NCBI GenBank assembly: GCA_039927695.1
Contig: JBDSUM010000017.1
Span: 1,631 to 65,630 of the forward strand
Source: Minisyncoccota bacterium
GTDB lineage: Bacteria; Patescibacteriota; Minisyncoccia; Phycocordibacterales; Phycocordibacteraceae
Direction of reading: 5' to 3'
Length of the DNA: 64,000 nt
In this document: in pieces, positions 58,271 through 64,000 of the stretch
Position numbering within the stretch: position 1 is the stretch's first letter
Layout of the letters: each line of letters opens with the position of its first letter
Position numbers and translations under genes: made by a program
The notes under the pieces: generated by a model
Databases searched by the model: none
Told to the model about the DNA's origin: nothing
The model's input: the letters and a program-made list of their open reading frames with translations, nothing else

Positions 58271-58873
58271 TTATTTATAGACTACGTCTACGATGCCGTA
58301 TTTCTTTGCTTCTTCTGCCGTGAGGAAGAAATCACGGTCTACGTCGCTCTGAATCTTCTCGAGTTTCTGGCCGGTTGTCTTTGCGAGAATCTTATTCAAA
58401 CGGTCACGAAGCGAAAGGATGCGGCGCGCACTAATTTCAATGTCTGCAGCCTGTCCTTCAGCACCACCGTGTGGCTGATGGATCATGATGTCTGCGTTTG
58501 GAAGTGCAAAGCGCTTTCCTTTAGCGCCCGACGCAAGAATGATTGATCCCATAGAAGCAGCCATACCTACGGCAACTGTCGCAACGTCTGGCTTAATGTG
58601 GTTCATCGCGTCAACGATAGCGAGGCCTGAGTGCACATGACCGCCAGGACTGTTCACATAGAGGTAAATATCTTTCTTTGGATCTTCTGACTCGAGGAAA
58701 AGAAGCTGAGAAATAATAAGGTTCGCTACATCGTCGTCGATACCACCACCAAGGAAAATGATTCGATCTTTAAGAAGGCGAGAATAAATATCATAGCCAC
58801 GCTCACCAAACTGTGACTTCTCGATCACCATTGGCACGAGCATATTGGAACGGGGGAAAAGATTCTGTTTCAT
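58271..58873 (-). CDS. clpP: ATP-dependent Clp protease proteolytic subunit
   Basis: Catalytic region [11 protein letters not shown] and MIHQPHGG. The start may be the internal Met. Confidence 0.9.
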   Translation of the reverse strand: MKQNLFPRSNMLVPMVIEKSQFGERGYDIYSRLLKDRIIFLGGGIDDDVANLIISQLLFLESEDPKKDIYLYVNSPGGHVHSGLAIVDAMNHIKPDVATVAVGMAASMGSIILASGAKGKRFALPNADIMIHQPHGGAEGQAADIEISARRILSLRDRLNKILAKTTGQKLEKIQSDVDRDFFLTAEEAKKYGIVDVVYK

Positions 58874-58933
58874 ATATAAAAGGTTAGTTTATTAATGGTA
58901 TCAAACTACGTTTAGTGTGGCGAATGTGGAGAT

Positions 58934-59626
58934 TTAGAGCAAAGCTGCAATCGTTGCAAAACGCCCTTCTGCTTCACCAGACCTAATCGCGCGGTAGTGC
59001 GAAAAATATTCATTTGAAGTTGCGGTATCGATTGGAGATATATGAATGTTCTTAGGGAGAATGCCTTTACCGAGAAGCTGTTCTTCAATGTGTCCAATCA
59101 AGTCGATATGAGTCTCACCAGATTCCGAGATTGTTAAGAACTGCGACCACCCGGAAAGATTTCTGTGGGGAGGATTCTCAAAAAGGTATGACTCTTTATG
59201 TATGCCTGGGCCTAAAAATACTTGAATGTCTTCAACACTTGATTCATACACTTCCCGCATCTCTGCAATGACTTTTTTAGCCAGCTGCTTATCGATCGGC
59301 TTCCAACCAAGATGAGCAAGACCAACCACTTCTTTTAGTGGATCATAGAAAACTACAGGGAAGCAGTCTGCAGTGAGGAGAAAAAGAAGTACGTTCTTGT
59401 CGTTCGTAATAAACGCTTCAGTGATAATTGTCTTTCCAATATCAGTTTTCGTCACATGAGTTATGTTGTCTCCATGTTCAACTTCCATAGACACACAATT
59501 TGCGAGAGACATACTGAATCTATCTAAAAACGCGATGCGGTTCGCGAGCACTTCCTTAGATGCTCCCCACTTGAAACCGAGATTGCCGTCTTTTATTGTT
59601 GAGGTCTCATGGAAGAGTTGTGACAT
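58934..59626 (-). CDS. pgeF: peptidoglycan editing factor PgeF (YfiH/DUF152 family)
   Basis: LLTADCFPVVFYDP...GLAHLGWK motif. Confidence 0.7.
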   Translation of the reverse strand: MSQLFHETSTIKDGNLGFKWGASKEVLANRIAFLDRFSMSLANCVSMEVEHGDNITHVTKTDIGKTIITEAFITNDKNVLLFLLTADCFPVVFYDPLKEVVGLAHLGWKPIDKQLAKKVIAEMREVYESSVEDIQVFLGPGIHKESYLFENPPHRNLSGWSQFLTISESGETHIDLIGHIEEQLLGKGILPKNIHISPIDTATSNEYFSHYRAIRSGEAEGRFATIAALL

Positions 59627-59707
59627 TTTCCAATTCTAACAAACGACAGCGGGCGCTTTGACAAAACAATATATTTATTCTATTTTCCAGTTAGAGGAGG
59701 AAGCGTA

Positions 59708-60064
59708 ATGATATACAAACAGAACGTTCAGATGCTATGCGATATCTGCGGTCTGCAAAATCCCATAGATGACCGCGACCTTAAGATCTGGTGCCTCATT
59801 TTCCGCGGGAAAAGCGGAGAAGACTACCGTAGTTCATTCGTGGTCAAAGCCACTACGATGAACAATGCAGGCAGGCTCTATGTTGAAGTACTCGCCTCAG
59901 GATCATCAGTGATCTCGATAAATGAGAGCGTTCGCTCAACAACGGCTTTGTTCTTCACATCGCAATTGTGGGACGATTGCTCTCCCGAGAAACGAACCCT
60001 GGTTTACGGGTTCAAGACATACCACATGGTACAAGTTTTCTATCGAAAACCTGCCCGACGTTAA
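59708..60064 (+). CDS. hypothetical protein
   Basis: 118 aa. No recognisable domain. Confidence 0.4.
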   Translation: MIYKQNVQMLCDICGLQNPIDDRDLKIWCLIFRGKSGEDYRSSFVVKATTMNNAGRLYVEVLASGSSVISINESVRSTTALFFTSQLWDDCSPEKRTLVYGFKTYHMVQVFYRKPARR

Positions 60065-60105
60065 AGCGCTGTAGTGACACAGTGCTTTTTTCTTTGGTTT
60101 GTTTT

Positions 60106-60281
60106 TATACAGACGATGAGTCGGTCGTGGGAGTTGGCGCGATACGTTCAGTAAAAGCGTAGCATGCACCCGAGACAACGATACCGAGTATAAGTAGGGT
60201 TGCTATGATAACGCCCCAGGGTGTCTCGACTTTCTTTGTCGTTGGCGTAATTGGGTTTGAAGGAGTGGTTTCGATATCCAT
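60106..60281 (-). CDS. possible small membrane protein (58 aa)
   Basis: Manual translation: MDIETTPSNPITPTTKKVETPWGVIIATLLILGIVVSGACYAF... Below the track cut-off. Confidence 0.25.
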
Positions 60282-60469
60282 ATCTATCTTTACTATACTA
60301 GTCGTGTGACTTTCATGAAACTTACAGTGTGTTCCACGCAGAGCATGACAGGTACTTAGAATATTGACTTAAGTAGCGAAAAGACCCCGAAGACGTAGTC
60401 TTCGGGGTCTTTTCGACTGACTCCATCAGAACTTTAGAAGTTCTTCAGTTTTATTTCACTTCTCCGGCG

Positions 60470-60988
60470 CTACTTTGCGTCAGAATATAGTTTCACGGAA
60501 CGAGCAAAGGCTTCCTTCGCCGCCGCCGCATCCTCAAACTCTCCCACCTCGACAACTTTCTTCTGTAATTGCTTATACGTTGCAAAGAAGTGTGCGATCT
60601 CCTTAAGCATGTGCGGATTTACGTCCTTTATGTCCTTTACGTCATCAAAGCGCGGATCACCGACGGGTACTGCAATAACCTTCTCGTCAGCTTCGCCACC
60701 GTCTATCATGTGCATGATTCCTACAGGACGAGCTTGAAGAAGAATCCCGGGGAAGAGCGCTGCGGTCGTAAGCACGACGACATCGAGCGCATCTCCATCG
60801 TCCCAAAGAGTCTGTGGAACAAACCCGTAGTCGAATGGATATGCTTGCGCTGTGTGATTTACACGATCAAGCGCAATAATGCCAGTCTCTTTGTCTATCT
60901 CGTACTTATTCTGGGAACCTCGAGGGATTTCGATAATGACATTTATTTCGTCAGCAGAACCTGGAGCAATATCGTGAAGTAAGTTCAT
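60470..60988 (-). CDS. ppa: inorganic pyrophosphatase
   Basis: Family I PPase motifs DGDALDVVVL and YPFDYGFVPQT. Confidence 0.9.
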   Translation of the reverse strand: MNLLHDIAPGSADEINVIIEIPRGSQNKYEIDKETGIIALDRVNHTAQAYPFDYGFVPQTLWDDGDALDVVVLTTAALFPGILLQARPVGIMHMIDGGEADEKVIAVPVGDPRFDDVKDIKDVNPHMLKEIAHFFATYKQLQKKVVEVGEFEDAAAAKEAFARSVKLYSDAK

Positions 60989-61005
60989 ACAGATTCGAGT
61001 TATGA

Positions 61006-62463
61006 CTAATCTTTAATAGTCGCGCCTGATCCATCGCGAGATTCCTCAGAGTCTGAGACAGATCCGTTGTCGGTGAAACCAGTTTCTTCTTCCATGCTAA
61101 GTTCACCGGTAGCTTCGTCGGCAGCGTCAGGAATGATGACTGATTCAGTTCCAACGGTATCAGCATCTGCAACGGTATCGCTGTCAGGATCTGCCATCGC
61201 TTCCTGCATCTCGCTTGCCCCTTCTGTAGCCTTCTCGTCGAGGGTTGCTTCTGAAGGAGTTTGATCAGGACGGAGTGAAACATCAGCATCTGCTTCTGCA
61301 ACAGATTCACCACCAACCGACATGATGTCGATATTCCAGCCAGTGAGCTTTGCTGCAAGACGCACGTTCTGTCCGCCACGTCCGATTGCGAGTGACTGCT
61401 GGTCTTCGCTCACGGTTACGGTTGCGCGATGATCTGCTTCGTCGAGAATTACCTCGATAACAGTCGCTGGATTAAGTGATTCCTTAATGTACGCAACCAT
61501 GTCTTCTGACCATTCGATGATGTCGATGCGCTCGCCACCGAGTGCACCCATGACCGTCGATACGCGTACACCACGCTGACCAACGAGTGCTCCAACAGGA
61601 TCAACGTGTGGATCAGTTGATGTGATTGCAATCTTTGTGCGAGAGCCTGCTTCGCGAGCAAGACCCTTCACTTCAAGAGAACCGTTCGCAAGTTCCGGTA
61701 CCTCAGCTTCGAAGAGCTTGATTAGGAACTTAGGATGTGAACGCGAGAGGCGAAGATACACACCACGGAATCCTTCGTCTACCGTATAGAGGAAGGCACG
61801 AATGCGCTCTCCTGGACGGAAGCGTTCGCCAGGAATCTGTTCTTCGTACGGGATGATACCAGTTGCACGACCAAGGTCGACAAAGATAGCGCCGCGCTCA
61901 ACGCGCTGTACGATACCAGAAACAATCTCACCCTTCTTGTGTCCGAACTCATCGAGAATCGAGAGCTTCTCAGCTTCACGAATCTTTTGAATAACTACCT
62001 GCTTTGCAGTCTGCGCAGCGATGCGACCGAAGTCGTCCTGTGGCTCAAGAGGGAAGATAAGTTCACCGCCAAGTGTCGCTGCGCGCATGATGCGCTTAGC
62101 GTCTTCAAGGAGAATGTGCTTCTCTGCATCAAAGCGAGGAAGTTCACCTTCAGGTGTGTCGTCATGCTCATGACCAAAACGGTCGTGGTGTTCTGCAGCG
62201 GCAGCAAGTTCCTCTACTTCCTCAGGATCGGGGAAGCGCACCATCGTGTCGTCCACGATAGTTTTTACTTGTTCAAAAGTTACACCACCTGAGTTCATGT
62301 CGAGCTTGGCACGCACGACCTGGCCGCGCTTTCCGTACTCTTTCTTGTAAGCCGTAGCCATTGCTGACTCGATGGCTTCCATCATGGTGTCGCGGCTAAT
62401 ACCGCGGTCTTCGAACTCTCCAAGCACTGAATGTATCGTTTTTAGGTCCAACATATTCTTCAA
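61006..62463 (-). CDS. nusA: transcription termination/antitermination factor NusA
   Basis: N-terminal NusA domain, S1 and KH repeats, acidic C-terminal tail. Confidence 0.9.
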   Translation of the reverse strand: MKNMLDLKTIHSVLGEFEDRGISRDTMMEAIESAMATAYKKEYGKRGQVVRAKLDMNSGGVTFEQVKTIVDDTMVRFPDPEEVEELAAAAEHHDRFGHEHDDTPEGELPRFDAEKHILLEDAKRIMRAATLGGELIFPLEPQDDFGRIAAQTAKQVVIQKIREAEKLSILDEFGHKKGEIVSGIVQRVERGAIFVDLGRATGIIPYEEQIPGERFRPGERIRAFLYTVDEGFRGVYLRLSRSHPKFLIKLFEAEVPELANGSLEVKGLAREAGSRTKIAITSTDPHVDPVGALVGQRGVRVSTVMGALGGERIDIIEWSEDMVAYIKESLNPATVIEVILDEADHRATVTVSEDQQSLAIGRGGQNVRLAAKLTGWNIDIMSVGGESVAEADADVSLRPDQTPSEATLDEKATEGASEMQEAMADPDSDTVADADTVGTESVIIPDAADEATGELSMEEETGFTDNGSVSDSEESRDGSGATIKD

Positions 62464-62635
62464 TATTTAATTGTTCGCACGCAAATAATTCAATTGTCGG
62501 TTTTATCCAGGACCAACTGGAAAAAAGAAAGGCCCGCGGGGGCGGACATCTCAGACCTTCAAAACATACCATATATAGGTATAGGCGGTCAATTAGGCAA
62601 TTAGTATGGGGATATGTCCAAATATAAGTAATATA

Positions 62636-62665
62636 TTGACAACATGCATACATCTGTATTATAAT
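62636..62665 (+). promoter_or_regulatory. consensus sigma70 promoter (TTGACA-17/18-TATAAT)
   Basis: Read directly. ~100-nt leader, then a GGAAAGA RBS before the ATG at 62766. Confidence 0.45.
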
Positions 62666-62765
62666 GTTTGTGTCGGAAACTATATTGGTATTACCCTAGG
62701 GGTGGTCGGTATGGCGTCTGGCACGATCGAACGAACGTTGAAAAACAAGATAGAAGGAAAGACAG

Positions 62766-63881
62766 ATGCGACAGTACGCACTACTAAGCCTCGCACTTTG
62801 CGCGGGAGCCTGCTCGTCAAGCGTGGCGCAGCAGGCAGTTACTGTGCCAATTTCCGAGCCGTGCTACACGGTTCACGAGGGTAATACTCTCTGGGGAATT
62901 GCCGGTGACGAGCTGAAGGATCCGCGCGCATGGCCGTGGATCTATGACCACAATCCCGACCTTCATAAACCGGGGGTCCGGAGGGATTATCCCGATGGCT
63001 GGACCACCGTCATGATTCATGCCGGCGACCGGCTATGCGGGTTCGACAAGTTCGGCAATCTCACGATGCTGACACCAGTCGCGACCGCAACGCCCAGCAA
63101 CTTGGAGCCGGTCTTCGCGACCAATACGTTCCACTACTCGAACGAAGGAAAGTGGTGGTGGACGCCGTGGTGGTTGCTGCTCATTCCGTTCGGCCTATTC
63201 CTCTGGTGGCTCTGGGAAGAGCTAAAGAAGGATCCGGTGCGCTCGCGCGCTCCGCAGAGGCCGGGAGGCGTCAATACCGCTGAACAGATTCACCAAGCTC
63301 TCGCTGAACAAGTCGCGTACCAACGCGTCGACATCATCGAGATCGTGGCTGGCCGCGGTTATGGCATTGCCGGCGTGCGGTACGCAGGCAATGTGGTTCG
63401 TCCGCGCAATCTGACCGGCGAAAGTGGTCAAGGCGAACGGATGTATCGCGCGACAGTTCGTCGTGAAGATGGCTCGCTCGACGAGCTCTACACGATTATG
63501 GCGTGCGGAAACGATATCCGGTACGACGGCCTCGGCAGTCGAATCCCGGGTCGTGGCTTCAATTTCGTCGCTGACGAGGTAGTCGCTCAAGAGCCTGCTC
63601 CGGCCGCAACGCCTGAGCCGGCACCTGCACCTATCGAAACGCCTGAGTTGGTTCTCGAACCGACCGCGGCAATCGAACCTATCGCTGAACCTGCGCCTCC
63701 CGAGGCAACGGTCGACGACGGAAGGGTGCTGATCGAACTGAAGCGTGCAGCGGGTAATTTGCCCAGCATGCTTCGTCTCAAAGGTATCGATGTGAACGAC
63801 GTTTCGCTCACCATCGCTGATCGCGAGACAACGATTCGTTTTACGGAAACGCCACCTCGGCCGACCCGTAAGGCGAAATGA
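62766..63881 (+). CDS. GC-rich foreign-looking lipoprotein with LysM domain, W-rich TM segment and Pro/Ala-rich linker
   Basis: Lipobox-like LALCAGAC. LysM YTVHEGNTLWGIAGDEL. WWWTPWWLLLIPFGLFLWWLW helix. GC far above the flanks. Confidence 0.6.
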   Translation: MRQYALLSLALCAGACSSSVAQQAVTVPISEPCYTVHEGNTLWGIAGDELKDPRAWPWIYDHNPDLHKPGVRRDYPDGWTTVMIHAGDRLCGFDKFGNLTMLTPVATATPSNLEPVFATNTFHYSNEGKWWWTPWWLLLIPFGLFLWWLWEELKKDPVRSRAPQRPGGVNTAEQIHQALAEQVAYQRVDIIEIVAGRGYGIAGVRYAGNVVRPRNLTGESGQGERMYRATVRREDGSLDELYTIMACGNDIRYDGLGSRIPGRGFNFVADEVVAQEPAPAATPEPAPAPIETPELVLEPTAAIEPIAEPAPPEATVDDGRVLIELKRAAGNLPSMLRLKGIDVNDVSLTIADRETTIRFTETPPRPTRKAK

Positions 63882-64000
63882 TCCTTCGAGGGCGCGAGCT
63901 TGCTCGCGTCCTCACTGGCCCTACGAAATTCGTGGGGCTATTTTTGTATCTACTTACGTGCGCTTTTCTTTTCCCCTACACCCTCACAATATTTAATACC

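Noticed and set aside
63222-63814. Minus-strand ORFs of 122 and 75 aa
   Set aside because: Antisense within the GC-rich LysM gene.
1-64000. CRISPR array
   Set aside because: No regularly spaced direct repeats of 25-40 bp were seen. The only repeat family, at 0.6-3.7 kb, is spaced 350-780 bp apart with genes in between.

Overview
The window reads as a low-to-moderate GC chromosome segment from a small, streamlined bacterium. The gene content looks like Candidate Phyla Radiation / Patescibacteria (Saccharibacteria-like), but this is inference from gene content alone. Standard genetic code is used: TGA and TAA both act as stops and TGG encodes Trp. The segment spans the replication-origin neighbourhood: rpmH-rnpA-yidC run rightward and dnaA-dnaN-DUF721 run leftward, with DnaA-box-like repeats in the dnaA-dnaN spacer.

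Housekeeping genes recognised:
- yebC and ruvC
- class A penicillin-binding protein (PBP)
- a histidine phosphatase
- rsmA and a UvrD/PcrA helicase
- a LysM-M23 peptidase and a YifB/ComM ATPase
- a DksA/TraR-like regulator and a NYN-domain protein
- rpsO, a Xer recombinase, xth and the CCA-adding enzyme
- rarA, the prephenate dehydratase domain and HU
- RNase Y, clpP, pgeF, ppa and nusA

Four tRNA genes are present: Arg-TCG, Gly-GCC, Pro-TGG and Gly-TCC.

Five regions stand out:
1. 660-3650: five small cassette-like genes, each separated from the next by one copy of a conserved ~30-bp repeat. All six copies lie in the same orientation although the genes face both ways.
2. 12971-27164: a ~14-kb single-strand operon of secreted and membrane proteins with a Gram-positive-type type IV secretion core. 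It contains a PrgI/VirB3-like protein and a VirB4 ATPase whose N-terminal domain is cut off by an in-frame TAA. It also contains a VirB6/TcpH-like polytopic protein and a VirB2-like pilin candidate with a Cys-rich extension. No relaxase or coupling protein is present.
3. 42150-50460: a tRNA-flanked accessory region. It holds an endonuclease VII, a YraN-like nuclease, and a large serine recombinase whose 3' end overlaps tRNA-Pro. It also holds DUF3892, BRO-N and TrmB-like genes and a possibly frameshifted gene.
4. 47289-48239 (SPFH/band-7) and 62766-63881 (LysM lipoprotein): two sharply GC-rich coding sequences. Each sits behind a near-consensus sigma70 promoter in native low-GC flanks and is followed by a hairpin; T-run for the SPFH gene, a GC-rich hairpin without a clear T-run for the LysM gene.
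5. 39850-40250: a ~400-bp noncoding stretch ending in a strong terminator hairpin, a candidate ncRNA.

All functional calls come from motif recognition by eye. No database searches were run.
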